Assembly (NCBI GenBank): GCA_965223905.1
Contig: CBDCXV010000002.1
Coordinates: forward strand, 64,001-128,000
Reading direction: 5' to 3'
DNA length: 64,000 bases
DNA from: Candidatus Latescibacterota bacterium
Lineage (GTDB): Bacteria; Latescibacterota; UBA2968; UBA8231
The notes under the pieces were generated by a model. The model worked only from the letters and a program-made list of their open reading frames with translations. It had not been told where the DNA came from and did not search any database. The position numbers were made by a program, and so were the translations under genes. This document shows, piece by piece, positions 8,925 through 19,537 of this stretch; within the stretch, counting starts at the first letter, position 1; each line of letters opens with the position of its first letter.

Positions 8925-11900
8925 GTGCACAAATTCCGGAATCTCAACTTGTCAATCCGGTCCTTCCCGCCCTGGATGATTCAAGTGTTCTTTGTGGTAT
9001 GGACTGGATATGTGCCGCTGCTATGGGCCCAGTCCCTGGATTTCACTCCCCCACGGCCAGAGGGACCCGCGAAAATTCAAAGCTCCTTGTGGAATCTGGC
9101 CGCAACGGGACAGGCCGCGGCAAAGGCAACTGGTGCGGCTACGGAGGATACGGTCGTCGTCACCCTGGTTCCCTATCCAGGCAAAGGCTCCGCCTCCATC
9201 GACTCGGCCTCCTTTGCGGAGCTTGGGGTCAAGGTTCTTGCCCGGTCTAAAAGCCTGATGCGGGTTTCAGTCCCGGCGTCGTCGCTGCTGGCAGTCTCGG
9301 AGATACCGGGAGTCACCTTTGTCCGCAAGCCTTACCGACCGCACGCACAGCAGGAGATTTGGAGTGAAGGCGGAGTTCTGATCAAAGCTTATGATAATTA
9401 TTTCACGGGCGTGAGAGGCCAAGGTGTCAAGGTGGCCATTATCGACGTGGGATTCAGAGGGGCGGACGACCTAGCTGGAGAAATGCCTGCGAGTTGGAAG
9501 TATCTCGACTATACGGATGAAGGGATGTACGCCGGCGACGAGGATCGCAGACACAGACATGGCACTGCCTGTGCGGAGATTATCCACGACATGGCGCAGG
9601 GAGCCGAATTGTTGCTGCTGAAGGTGGGGGATATCACGGATTTTGAGAATGCCAAAGATTTATCCATACGAGAAGGAATTGACATAGTCAATCATTCAAT
9701 CGGCTGGTTCGGAACAGGTATTGGGGATGGCCGAGGAACGGCCTGCGATATTGTAAATGACGCAGCTGAGAATGACATTCTCTGGGTAAATTCAGCGGGG
9801 AATGATGCAAAGAGCCATTACTACGGATTTTGGTCGGACTTCGATTCTGACGATTGGCACAATTTTAGCAGCGAAGACGAGGTACTCACGTTTGAAGCGG
9901 AGGAAGGAGATGAAATAAGGGTTTTTTTGACCTGGAATGATTGGCCAGACTCTCGTCAAAACTACGATCTGTACCTCCATTTCGTAAATTCCTTTGGCAA
10001 TCTGGAATTCGTCGCCGAAAGTACTGATCGCCAAAATGTTTTTGGTGGCGACCCTGTAGAAAGAATTGAATACGAGGTAGAAAAATCTGGAAAGTATGGC
10101 ATTTCTGTCCTCAGCGTAGACGCACGGACTAGAAGGCTAAAAATATGGTCCCTAAATCATGATTTTGAAGAATATGCGATCGCAGAAAACAGTATCGGAA
10201 GTCCTGCGGATGCAAGGGGGGCCATCAGCGTTGGGGCAGTACATTGGGACTACTATGACTTGGGCATTGTTGCAAGCTACAGCTCCCGAGGCCCTACCAC
10301 CGATGGTCGCTTCAAACCCGAACTCGTTGCCCCCAGTGGAGTATCGACGGTCTCTTATGGAGAGTCGGATGGAGAGTCGGAGGATTTTTATGGCTATTCT
10401 GGAACCTCTGCAGCAGCGCCCCATGTCGCCGGCGCCGCTGCCCTGATCAAGTCCGCCAATCCGTCCTTTTCGCGTGACGATTTGTGGGACGCACTCATTG
10501 CAGCAACGGTAGACATAGATGTTCCCGGCAGGGACAACAATTCCGGTTACGGCAAGCTCGTGCTCCCTGTCATGCAGATTCAGGAAGATCTATCTCCCCG
10601 AATCACATCCGTTAATCCACAGAGAGCGCAATACGGTCAGATCATAACCATCCAAGGAACCGGTTTTGGCGCAGACCGAGGAACCAGCAAGGTGATTTTC
10701 CACGAGGACAAACAACTCCAATATCCATCTCAATATGTCCACTGGAGTGACACCCGGATTCAGGTACGGGTACCGACCGGTGCGCGCAGCGGCCCACTGC
10801 AGGTAATAACAGATAGAGGAAGCGACACCTTTGAATTGGCGGTGACCTCTCCTTGGGTCAACAATATCTCTTTACAGAGAAGAAGTACGGATATTCTCGT
10901 TACCGTCAACGGTACCAATTTCGGTTCAACACGGGGAAGCAGCTCTGTAACAGTCGGCTCGGCAAGGATCTCTTCGTCTTCCTTCTCCACATGGACGAGC
11001 AGTCGCATCAGGTTCTCTATTCCACACAATACCCGGTCCGCAGATCTCAAGGTCCGGACCTCGGAAGGGACGAGTAACGGTGTCCTACTGGACCTACCAA
11101 GTCCCTACTTGAGACAGGTATCTCCCAATAGCGTACGCCACGGGGATCGTCTGACCCTCTCAGGATCTTATTTCAACCATCAGCGGGGGAATGGCTACGT
11201 CCTTTTCCACCCCAACGTCCGCCCTTCATCAAGCGACTACGTCTCCTGGGGAGATCGGCGGATTATCGTGAAAGTACCCTCCCGTGCTCAAAGCGGAAAT
11301 GTGAAGGTGGTTACGCTCAATGGGTCATCCGGGACAAGGCGTATTGAAGTTGAAGAGGTTGTGGAGCCTCAGATCACTTCGGTGACCCCCAGCCCCGTGC
11401 GGTACAATCAAGTCGTGACCATTCGCGGTACCGGTTTCGGTTCCATCCGTGGGACCAGCAAGGTGGTTTTCTACCTGGGCCAGGAACTCAGCTCCTCCCA
11501 GTATGTGAGCTGGAGCGACACCCGGATTCAGGTACGAGTACCCACCGGAGCGCGTACCGGCAATCTGCGGGTCGTGACCGCAAGAGGGAACGACACGTTC
11601 CGTGTGACGATCACCTCTCCCTGGGTCAGAACCATCTCCCCCCGCAGCGGCAGGTCCAATACCCTAGTTACCGTAACCGGGAGCAACTTCGGTTCTTTGC
11701 GTGGGGGCAGCACGGTGAGGATTGGCTGGGCAGCGATTCCTTCGTTCACCGCCTGGTCGAGCAGCCGAATCCAGTTTCGCATTCCCGTCAACACGAGATC
11801 CGGAAATCTCAGCGTCAGGACCTCGGAAGGAACGAGCAACACTGTCTTCCTTGAAGTGACGAACCCCTACCTGAGCCGGGTATTTCCGACCCGCGTGGAA

Positions 11901-12791
11901 CCAGGGGATCGCCTGACGCTGACGGGAGCCAATTTCAGAAGCACCCGAGGCACCGGTTACGTCCTGTTTTCACCCAATGCCCGACCTTTGTCCGGGGATT
12001 ACGCAACCTGGAGCGACACCCGAATCGTCGTCGAAGTTCCTTCCCGTGCCGAAAGCGGAAACGTGAAGGTCGTTACGCTTTATGGGTCATCCGGGAACAG
12101 GCGTATCGAGGTGGAACGGGAAGAGGTGGAACCGCTCCCGAGCACGGGGGTTTTCGGCTACGATCCTCCCGGCCTTACGAAGAATCCGGAAAGCGTCAGG
12201 TTCCGCTTCGAGGGAATCGGCGAGGATATTGCTATGACCTGGACTCTGAAAAACGAGGCCGAAATCGATGTTCTGGTTAACGGCCGGCATCATTTGTCCG
12301 TTGAGAAAAGCGACGATTGGAAATCCTGGTGGACCCTTCTTGGCCAGGCGGATCTCAATTCCGGCCAGAACGTGATCGAATTTCGCAATCAAGCGAACCA
12401 GAATCGCTCTTCTTCCTTTACCCACTGGCAGTTGAAGGACGTGAAACTGTGGAAGCCCTTCAGTGCGAAGCCGATTGCAGGAGCGACCTTTCTGGGATCT
12501 TCCCGGCCCGTTCTCGAAACCGCCCTTGGCGACCCCTTTCCCACGCCGTTCAACGCCAGCGTTACCGTACCCTTCACCACCCCTGAACCCGGCCAGGTAC
12601 GTATCTCCCTCTTCAACCTCATGGGGCAGCAGGTTCGCGTCCTGCACGACGGCTGGACCGAGGCCGGGGAACACCAGGCCAACTGGGACGGCCGCAGTGA
12701 TTCCGGGGCGGAAGCCGCCTCCGGCATTTATTGGGCATTGCTCAGAACCGAACAGTTCGCGCAATCGATCAGGCTGGTGCTGATTCGGTGA
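8925..12791 (+). CDS. secreted S8 (subtilisin-like) protease with six IPT/TIG repeats and a C-terminal FlgD-Ig/T9SS-like domain
   Basis: Catalytic triad VAIIDVGF / HGTACA / GTSAAAPH; repeated PxITSVxP..GxxxTIxGxxFG..WSDTRI units; C-terminal PFPTPFNASV..FNLMGQQVRVL..WDGR..ASGIY; GTG start after AAAAGGA. Confidence 0.9.
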   Translation: MHKFRNLNLSIRSFPPWMIQVFFVVWTGYVPLLWAQSLDFTPPRPEGPAKIQSSLWNLAATGQAAAKATGAATEDTVVVTLVPYPGKGSASIDSASFAELGVKVLARSKSLMRVSVPASSLLAVSEIPGVTFVRKPYRPHAQQEIWSEGGVLIKAYDNYFTGVRGQGVKVAIIDVGFRGADDLAGEMPASWKYLDYTDEGMYAGDEDRRHRHGTACAEIIHDMAQGAELLLLKVGDITDFENAKDLSIREGIDIVNHSIGWFGTGIGDGRGTACDIVNDAAENDILWVNSAGNDAKSHYYGFWSDFDSDDWHNFSSEDEVLTFEAEEGDEIRVFLTWNDWPDSRQNYDLYLHFVNSFGNLEFVAESTDRQNVFGGDPVERIEYEVEKSGKYGISVLSVDARTRRLKIWSLNHDFEEYAIAENSIGSPADARGAISVGAVHWDYYDLGIVASYSSRGPTTDGRFKPELVAPSGVSTVSYGESDGESEDFYGYSGTSAAAPHVAGAAALIKSANPSFSRDDLWDALIAATVDIDVPGRDNNSGYGKLVLPVMQIQEDLSPRITSVNPQRAQYGQIITIQGTGFGADRGTSKVIFHEDKQLQYPSQYVHWSDTRIQVRVPTGARSGPLQVITDRGSDTFELAVTSPWVNNISLQRRSTDILVTVNGTNFGSTRGSSSVTVGSARISSSSFSTWTSSRIRFSIPHNTRSADLKVRTSEGTSNGVLLDLPSPYLRQVSPNSVRHGDRLTLSGSYFNHQRGNGYVLFHPNVRPSSSDYVSWGDRRIIVKVPSRAQSGNVKVVTLNGSSGTRRIEVEEVVEPQITSVTPSPVRYNQVVTIRGTGFGSIRGTSKVVFYLGQELSSSQYVSWSDTRIQVRVPTGARTGNLRVVTARGNDTFRVTITSPWVRTISPRSGRSNTLVTVTGSNFGSLRGGSTVRIGWAAIPSFTAWSSSRIQFRIPVNTRSGNLSVRTSEGTSNTVFLEVTNPYLSRVFPTRVEPGDRLTLTGANFRSTRGTGYVLFSPNARPLSGDYATWSDTRIVVEVPSRAESGNVKVVTLYGSSGNRRIEVEREEVEPLPSTGVFGYDPPGLTKNPESVRFRFEGIGEDIAMTWTLKNEAEIDVLVNGRHHLSVEKSDDWKSWWTLLGQADLNSGQNVIEFRNQANQNRSSSFTHWQLKDVKLWKPFSAKPIAGATFLGSSRPVLETALGDPFPTPFNASVTVPFTTPEPGQVRISLFNLMGQQVRVLHDGWTEAGEHQANWDGRSDSGAEAASGIYWALLRTEQFAQSIRLVLIR

Positions 12792-12831
12792 GCGGCAACG
12801 TGATGGAACATGATGATGGAAAGGTGAACTC

Positions 12832-13626
12832 ATGGATCTCGGACTGACCGGTAAAACCGCCCTCGTTACCGGCGGCAGCCGCGGCATCGGCCGCGCCATC
12901 GCCCTCGGCTTCGCCCGCGAAGGCTGCAAGCTCGGCATCTGCTGCCGGGGAAGCGACGGCCTCGAGAAGATGCTGGCGGAGCTGGATTCCCTCGGGGCCG
13001 AGGCGTTCGGAATCTCCGCCGACGTCATCCGGCCCGGGGAATGCGAGCGCTTCGTCGCCGCCGCGGCCGAGGCCCTGGGAGGGGCCGACATCCTCGTCAA
13101 CAACGTCGGCGGGGCTGCCGGGGGCACCCTCGAATCCTCCAGCGACGAGGACTGGGCCGCGACCTTCGACCTCAACCTGTTTCACGCGGTGCGCGCCACC
13201 CGCGCCGCCCTGCCCCACTTCCGGAAGCGCGGCGGCGGCAGCGTCGTGATCATCTCCTCGATCTCCGGCTGGAAGCCGGCTCCCACCGGGGCGCAGTACG
13301 GCTGCGCCAAGGCGGCGGAGATGCACCTCGCCGGTGCCCTGGCGATGGAGCTGGCCCCGGACAACGTCCGGGTGAACACCGTGTGCCCGGGCTCCATCCT
13401 TTTTCCCGGCGGCGGCTGGGACCTGATGCAGGGCAGGGAGCCGCAGGAGTTCGGCGAGTTTGAAAAACGGGAGTTCCCCGCGGGCCGGCTCGGCGGCGCC
13501 GAGGAGGTCGCCGACGCCGAGGAGGTCGCCGACGCCGTGGTCTACCTGGCTTCGGAACGGGCGAGCTGGATCAACGGGGCCTCGGTGCCCGTCGACGGAG
13601 CCCAGGGCCGGCCGTCGATTTTCTGA
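12832..13626 (+). CDS. SDR-family oxidoreductase
   Basis: TGGSRGIG, ILVNNVG, YGCAKAA; carries an 18-bp tandem duplication at 13498-13533. Confidence 0.92.
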   Translation: MDLGLTGKTALVTGGSRGIGRAIALGFAREGCKLGICCRGSDGLEKMLAELDSLGAEAFGISADVIRPGECERFVAAAAEALGGADILVNNVGGAAGGTLESSSDEDWAATFDLNLFHAVRATRAALPHFRKRGGGSVVIISSISGWKPAPTGAQYGCAKAAEMHLAGALAMELAPDNVRVNTVCPGSILFPGGGWDLMQGREPQEFGEFEKREFPAGRLGGAEEVADAEEVADAVVYLASERASWINGASVPVDGAQGRPSIF

Positions 13627-13638
13627 AGGAGGTACTCC

Positions 13639-13911
13639 TTGGCGGATTCCCTGAAGAACATGACCCTTCGCGGACTGGATCCCCAGCTCGCAGCCAGGTT
13701 GAGAGAGGAGGCCGAGCGGGAGGGCAAGAGTGTGAACCAGACCGCCTTGGACGCCCTTCGAAAGCATTTCGGATTGAGCAAGTCCCGGCGGTTCACGGAG
13801 GTCCATCGAGACCTGGATCACCTTTTCGGACGATGGGACGAGGATGAGTTCGTTCGGATTCAGCAGAGCATCGACTCCGGCCGGCGAATCGATCCGGACC
13901 TCTGGCGGTGA
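13639..13911 (+). CDS. FitA/VapB-like ribbon-helix-helix antitoxin
   Basis: MTLRGLDPQLAARLREEAEREGKSVNQ..DLDHLFGRW..IDPDLWR; overlaps a PIN stub via GTGA. Confidence 0.8.
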   Translation: MADSLKNMTLRGLDPQLAARLREEAEREGKSVNQTALDALRKHFGLSKSRRFTEVHRDLDHLFGRWDEDEFVRIQQSIDSGRRIDPDLWR

Positions 13912-13937
13912 ACGAGTCCTTGCTCGATACCAACTTG
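13908..13937 (+). pseudogene. PIN/VapC toxin N-terminal stub
   Basis: GTG overlapping the antitoxin stop gives VNESLLDTNL; similarity ends there. Confidence 0.5.
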
Positions 13938-14014
13938 CCCGTGACCTCCTTCCGGTCCCTTTCCCTCCCCGGCGGCCCTATCTACACTTTCCCCGCTTCT
14001 CCGGGAGATACCGC

Positions 14015-14848
14015 ATGATCCGCCTGAACGAACAGCAGCTCAACTTCTTCGACACCTTCGGCTACCTGGCCCTGCCGGGGCTGATGGGCGACTGCATCGA
14101 CGAGATCATCGACGCCTTCGAGGCGGTCTGGGTCGAGCGCGGCGGGGGCCACGACGGCAGTCCGCACGACGGCACACGGCGCTCCTGCATCGTGCCCTTC
14201 ATCGATCAGCACGAGCGCCTCTGCGCCCTGCTCGACGACCCGCGCATCGAGGGGCTGCTCGCCAGCCTGCTCGGCGACGACTTCAACTACAGCAGCTCCG
14301 ACGGCAACTACTACGCCGGGGACACGCAGTGGCACTCCGACGGCTACCAGAAGGAGGTGCGCCACGTCAAGATCGCCTTCTACCTCGACCGCCTGACCCG
14401 CGACACCGGCTGCCTGCGGGTGATTCCGGGCAGCCACCGGCTCGGCGACCGCTACGCCGGGATGCTCGAGGCGAACGCGCGCAACTCGCAGGAGCAGTGG
14501 GGCATCACCGGAGACCAGGTGCCGGCCGCCGCCCTCGAAATCGTTCCGGGAGACGTCGTCGTCTTCCAGCACAACCTCAAGCACAGCGCCTTCGGGGGCG
14601 GCGGCCGCCGCCGCATGTTCACCATCAACTGCATGGTGCGCGTCCCCGAGGAGCGGATCGACATCGTCAGGAACGACATGGCCGGGCTCGCCCGCTTCTG
14701 GATGGAGCGGGCCTACGGCGAGAAGATGCTGGCTACCGCCAGCCCCCGGCGCATGGTGCACCTCGAGCAGAGGATGGCCAACGAAGGCCACCTCAAGGAA
14801 CTGGCAGCGAAGGCGCGGGCCGAAATGGCCGAGCCGTCGCGGGGATAG
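14015..14848 (+). CDS. phytanoyl-CoA dioxygenase (PhyH) family Fe(II)/2OG enzyme
   Basis: QQLNFFDTFGYL, WHSD, GCLRVIPGSH, PGDVVVFQHNLKH. Confidence 0.9.
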   Translation: MIRLNEQQLNFFDTFGYLALPGLMGDCIDEIIDAFEAVWVERGGGHDGSPHDGTRRSCIVPFIDQHERLCALLDDPRIEGLLASLLGDDFNYSSSDGNYYAGDTQWHSDGYQKEVRHVKIAFYLDRLTRDTGCLRVIPGSHRLGDRYAGMLEANARNSQEQWGITGDQVPAAALEIVPGDVVVFQHNLKHSAFGGGGRRRMFTINCMVRVPEERIDIVRNDMAGLARFWMERAYGEKMLATASPRRMVHLEQRMANEGHLKELAAKARAEMAEPSRG

Positions 14849-14854
14849 GGGATC

Positions 14855-15781
14855 ATGAGCGACAACTACGAATTCAAGATGGGGATGTACCTCGGCGAGC
14901 TGCAGCAGCCGTTCGAGGAATCGCTGGACACGGCGCGCGACCTCGGGGCCGGCTACGTCTGGTGCGGCACCCACTCCGACAACCGCGCCATCTACGAGCT
15001 GCCCGACGCCGAGATCGACAAGGCCGCCGGGCAGGTCGCCGCCCGCGGTCTCGAGTTCTTCCTGCTCGACGGGGCCGGGCTGTTCAAGCCCGTCCACCTC
15101 GCCGAGCTCGAGCCGGGCCGAATGCTGGAACATGGCCAGTTCAAGGAGCAGTTCGACAAGCTGCAGCGGTCGATGGAAGTCTCGGCCCGCCTGGGGATCG
15201 CCGCGGTCGGCTGCAGCAGCTTCGCCTGGCCGGCCGAGTACACCGGCGGCAAGCCGACCTGGCCGATGCGCTGGGCGACCCGCGGCGGCATCATCTCCGA
15301 CGGGGACATGGCCAAGCTCGTCGAGGCCTTCTCGATGTTCGCCGACCTCGCCGAGAAGCACGAGGTCGACGTCGCCTTCCTGATGATGCAGTGGAACTAC
15401 GGCAACACCAGCCGCAACTTCCGCCGCATCGTCGAGGCGGTCGGCTCGAAGCGCTTCAAGGTGCTCTGGTGCCCGGCCGACAACTTCAACTGCGGCGAGG
15501 TCGACAACGCCAGCGCCGGGTTCGAGAACCTGCGCCCCTACCTGCACGGCGTGCATGCCAAGGACCTGCGCACCATCGACGGCTCGAAGCTCGAATTCGA
15601 GTACGCCCCGATCGGCGAGGGGGACGTCGACTACCCGACGATCCTGCGCAACCTGCGCGACAACCGCTGCGACGTCGTCCTGTCGATCGCCACCCACTTC
15701 CTGCCGGAAAGCGGGTCGCGGCTCGAGGCGATGCGGACGAACTACGCCAACATCCGCAGGCTCATCGGCGAGCTGCCGTAG
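14855..15781 (+). CDS. sugar phosphate isomerase/epimerase (xylose-isomerase-like TIM barrel)
   Basis: HGVHAKD, IGEGDVDY. Confidence 0.8.
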   Translation: MSDNYEFKMGMYLGELQQPFEESLDTARDLGAGYVWCGTHSDNRAIYELPDAEIDKAAGQVAARGLEFFLLDGAGLFKPVHLAELEPGRMLEHGQFKEQFDKLQRSMEVSARLGIAAVGCSSFAWPAEYTGGKPTWPMRWATRGGIISDGDMAKLVEAFSMFADLAEKHEVDVAFLMMQWNYGNTSRNFRRIVEAVGSKRFKVLWCPADNFNCGEVDNASAGFENLRPYLHGVHAKDLRTIDGSKLEFEYAPIGEGDVDYPTILRNLRDNRCDVVLSIATHFLPESGSRLEAMRTNYANIRRLIGELP

Positions 15782-15789
15782 CTTCCGCC

Positions 15790-16092
15790 TTACTCGGGAT
15801 CATCATCCCTCATCGAGTGAAGCAGGGATGAGGTATCGTCCAGATCGATACCGGGTCGCACGCCCCGCCCTTTGAAGGTCTTCAAGGGAACCCTGTCCAA
15901 CATCGGCTCCGGTGCCGCTTCCCCGTTGGCGTGCATGTCTGCGAGGCACTCGCGCACAAGGCGCTGAATGCCGGACAACGCTGCAGCGGGGGTAGGTGCC
16001 AGCCAGCTCAGCGATGGGAATTCAGCGCACAGTCCCACATGTGCGTTGTCTTCGGCCGACCATGTGGTGCGGTAGGTGTACCGGTCGCTCAT
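15790..16092 (-). pseudogene. chimeric antitoxin: HicB N-terminus fused to a VapB-like C-terminus
   Basis: First ~65 aa nearly identical to the HicB at 23309-23635, then VPLKTFKGRGVRPGIDLDDTSSLL (VapB-type tail); only the last codons of hicA remain upstream. Confidence 0.65.
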
Positions 16093-16206
16093 AGCATGCC
16101 TTCCCATTTTGTCGGTTTACCTTGAACAGTCAACTGCCCCCGACCTCGCCGGACGACCTGATTTTGTGATCTTATTTCTGCCGTTTGCAAGTGAAAGGAA
16201 ACCAGT

Positions 16207-16602
16207 ATGTCCATCGATCAGATGAACCACTACCAGCGCAAGCTCGCTTTTGAAATGGATTCATGGGATCTCTACGAAGCACTGTCCGTGAAAGAACCCA
16301 TCACAGTCGTCGACGGCCGTTCCGCCGAGGCTTATGCCCAGGAGCATATTCCAGGTGCGCTCAACCTGCCCCACAGGGAAATCTGTTTCAATTCCACCGG
16401 GTCGCTCGACAAATCCAAAGTCCATGTCTGCTACTGCGACGGCATCGGGTGCAACGCCTCGACGAAGACGGCGCTGAAGCTGCTTACACTGGAGTTTCAG
16501 GTGCGCGAGCTGATCGGCGGGCTCGACTGGTGGAAGCGGGACGGCTACGCCACCTCAGGCACCAAGGGGCAACCCGGGACCGAGATCGAATGCGGATGCT
16601 GA
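16207..16602 (+). CDS. rhodanese-like domain protein
   Basis: VVDGRS..HIPGALNLP, YCDGIGCNAS, LIGGLDWWKRDG. Confidence 0.9.
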   Translation: MSIDQMNHYQRKLAFEMDSWDLYEALSVKEPITVVDGRSAEAYAQEHIPGALNLPHREICFNSTGSLDKSKVHVCYCDGIGCNASTKTALKLLTLEFQVRELIGGLDWWKRDGYATSGTKGQPGTEIECGC

Positions 16603-16642
16603 ACCAGGGTTAACGGGGATCAATACGATTCGGTGGAGGCTG

Positions 16643-19537
16643 TCATCCGTTTACATTCCCCACACCATGACCACGTGCTGCTTCTGGTTTCGTCTCGGCG
16701 GAGCCTCGGCTGGCACCTATCCCAAGGATCCCAAGGTTAAAGTTCAGCTCGTCCGCGATGCTCCGGGGCAAGGGGATCGTCTCGGCAGAATCCGGAGTTA
16801 TCAGACTGGCAACCTGGTCCTGTCCCATCACCACACGGAACCACTGCTCACGTTCGGTCATTACTTTGTACTGGCGGTCATCGGCAGCACCCGCCAGGTA
16901 CGGAAGATACACGGTGATGGGTTCTTGCCCCTCCGCCTTGCAGCCGAGGCGGTCGACGCGGCCGGTTCTCTGCTCGATGCTGCTTGGGTTCCACGCCAAG
17001 TCGTGGTGGATGACGTGGCGGCAGTTGCGCTGAAGATCCACTCCTTCTCCCATCACCTGGCTGCAGACGAAGATGTCCGGGAAGAACGGCGTGTTGAAGG
17101 CACGCATGAGTCGTGAACGGGTGTCTCGGTTCGTTAACCCTGTGGCCATCTGAACGTTCGCAATGCCCCCCGTCCTGATAGCGGCCGTGGCGTCCAGATA
17201 GTCGTCTCGCTCCTTGGACGAACAGTAGCATGTCAGGAAGTCCACGAATTTCTCGAACTTCCTCCGCCAAGTCAGGCTCGATGCGTCTTCTTTGTCGAGC
17301 ATCCGCTCGACGACCATTTCCGGCTCCCGGGCTTCGTACTCCTCGATGGGGAAACAGCGGACCAATGTGGTCGGCACTCGAAGATATCGACGCATCACCC
17401 CGATTATCCGATCCAAAGTCTGCTGCCGAACACCGGAGACGCACAGATCATCGCGACGGCGATCCACGATGGAACGGAGGGCCTTATCGAGTTCCCTGCG
17501 GCCCGGGGCCTCACGGTCGTCGAAATACCGGACCCTAATCCTGTTCAAGACTTGGGTGACTTCGGTTTCTTCGATGGACTCTCCCGGCTTTGCGAGGCGG
17601 CGACGAGCAAGCGCTGCGGTCCGCTTCTCGATCTCTTTTCTGATGTGAATGCGAAGGGCGGCACAGGTCTGGCGATAGAAGGCGAACACGAGGACCTTCT
17701 CCCCGGCCTCCCATAGATCGACCGTCTTTTGCACGGTAGCCCCGATTTTTGGGTGAATACACCCGGTGCATTGCTTTAGCGCCGTGTCGAACTCCCGAAG
17801 ATACCAGCCCGAATGTGTGAGATCCGCGGAACCGGGTTCGTCGTCGGTATCATCACGCTCGGGTGCACGCTGTTCCCTGGTGTTGCGAAAGGCTTCGTAG
17901 GAAGAGCAAAGGGCCTCCCCCAGCAGATCCTTCCCAGGATTGACTGCACTGCGAGCCGCGAGAAAAAAGGGCAGCAGTTGGTCGCTTGGGACCGGAAGGC
18001 CCGTAGTGCCGTCTTGCCCGGCGACCGCTGAGCCTTCGATCCTGCGGCGGCGCTCGATCCCGGTCCCGCTCCAATAGGCGCCCTTGTTGTGGCGGACGAT
18101 CCATGGTCGGAGAGCCTTTTCGGCAGTTTTTTGGAGAATGCCCGACTTCCGGAAGCTTTCGACGACCGCCCGTTGTCGGCTCGTGAGCTCGTCGAGCGGC
18201 GAGTTGCAGAGTCGCATCCACCACCTTTCTACCTCCTCCTCCTCGCAGTCTTCGGGCCGCAGTCGGCTCCAGCGGCGCTGCAGAGCGACTGCGGCCCGCT
18301 GGCTGTCGTCGAGGTGCTCGCTAAGTGTCTGGAGACGCTCGATGAACTTCCCCCGCTCGCCGAACTGCGCTGGATCCCAGCGGACGTCCGAAAACCTTTC
18401 GAGGACGCGAACCAACTCGTGGTGACCAAGCTGAAACGGCGTTGCGGTCAGGAAGAGCATCCGATCGAAAGCGCCGGCCATGGCACCGTCGCCGGTGCGC
18501 AAGTCGCTCTTCGAATCCTGGGACTGAAGTTGCCGGGCGAGCGACGTGCCGGGATTCTTCAGATGGTGCGCCTCATCCACGACCAGAAGCGGTGAACGCC
18601 AGCGCGCCTGGGCCAGGAGATCTTTCCAGAGCATTTCCTCGACCGCCTTCAAGGCTTTCCGCACGTCGTCGAGGCGTTCCGAGACCCGTTCCGGGCCGCC
18701 GGTAGCCCGGAGCGGTATCTGTTTCAACGCCTCGGCGAGAGGCGACAGATCGATCCGTTTAAGCTTGAGTGCGCGCGCGACCGACTTCGGCACAGGGTCG
18801 TCAGGCAGTTGTCGCCGCTCGTTTCGCACCTCGCTGTTGTAGATCCGTTTCCACTCGGACGGGTCGGTCTTGAGAAGACTCTTCCACAGTTCATCACCCC
18901 AGTCGTGGGCTCGCTCCTCGCCTATCGCCTTCAACAACTCGGCGAGGAAGCGGTGGATCTGCTGCTTCACCTTGATCAGCTGCCTAGCGCCACCCCGGCC
19001 GTGCCGCCTCAACGCCTCGGCGATCAATGCCAGCCGCACCCATTTGTCCGTCTGGCTACGAGACATGGCTCCTTGTGCCAGCAGGATGAGATGGCAGCGC
19101 CGGCGCGGCGGATCGTCGAGGAGACGCATCAGGTCGACGCTGTGCCGAGCGGTGCCATAGCGCACAGCTTCGGGGGCGGCCAGTTCCCGTGCAGTCGCGA
19201 TATCGCAACGGACCGGGCGGCGATTCTCGAGGTAGAGTTCGCAGAACGTCGCCAGGTCCTGTTCCCACTTGTCGATGAGATTCGGGGGAACCATCACGAC
19301 AACCGGGCCACGCCGATTCCGGACGGCGGTGCTGTACGCGACGGCGAGCGCGACGAAGGTTTTCCCCATCCCGACTTCGTCAGCGAGGATCACACCTGGT
19401 CGGCGGCGCAGCCTTGACAGGATCTCCTTGACCTCTTCACGCTGGCGCTTCTGGTCCGCCGCGGGGACGCGGTTGTTCATCCGTTTCCCGAGCACGAGCT
19501 CAGGTGGAACGGTGTACGAATTGTTCTTTATCGACAT
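16643..19537 (-). CDS. SNF2-like SF2 helicase (defence-associated)
   Basis: LADEVGMGKT, VVDEAHH, LTATPF, GEGVDLQ, WNPSSIEQRTGRVDR. Confidence 0.9.
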   Translation of the reverse strand: MSIKNNSYTVPPELVLGKRMNNRVPAADQKRQREEVKEILSRLRRRPGVILADEVGMGKTFVALAVAYSTAVRNRRGPVVVMVPPNLIDKWEQDLATFCELYLENRRPVRCDIATARELAAPEAVRYGTARHSVDLMRLLDDPPRRRCHLILLAQGAMSRSQTDKWVRLALIAEALRRHGRGGARQLIKVKQQIHRFLAELLKAIGEERAHDWGDELWKSLLKTDPSEWKRIYNSEVRNERRQLPDDPVPKSVARALKLKRIDLSPLAEALKQIPLRATGGPERVSERLDDVRKALKAVEEMLWKDLLAQARWRSPLLVVDEAHHLKNPGTSLARQLQSQDSKSDLRTGDGAMAGAFDRMLFLTATPFQLGHHELVRVLERFSDVRWDPAQFGERGKFIERLQTLSEHLDDSQRAAVALQRRWSRLRPEDCEEEEVERWWMRLCNSPLDELTSRQRAVVESFRKSGILQKTAEKALRPWIVRHNKGAYWSGTGIERRRRIEGSAVAGQDGTTGLPVPSDQLLPFFLAARSAVNPGKDLLGEALCSSYEAFRNTREQRAPERDDTDDEPGSADLTHSGWYLREFDTALKQCTGCIHPKIGATVQKTVDLWEAGEKVLVFAFYRQTCAALRIHIRKEIEKRTAALARRRLAKPGESIEETEVTQVLNRIRVRYFDDREAPGRRELDKALRSIVDRRRDDLCVSGVRQQTLDRIIGVMRRYLRVPTTLVRCFPIEEYEAREPEMVVERMLDKEDASSLTWRRKFEKFVDFLTCYCSSKERDDYLDATAAIRTGGIANVQMATGLTNRDTRSRLMRAFNTPFFPDIFVCSQVMGEGVDLQRNCRHVIHHDLAWNPSSIEQRTGRVDRLGCKAEGQEPITVYLPYLAGAADDRQYKVMTEREQWFRVVMGQDQVASLITPDSAETIPLPRSIADELNFNLGILGIGASRGSAETKPEAARGHGVGNVNG

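Noticed and set aside
16588-16602. Rhodanese ending ECGC-TGA as a possible selenoprotein
   Set aside because: A CxC end is normal for this family, readthrough would run into the convergent helicase gene, and no SECIS-like hairpin was seen
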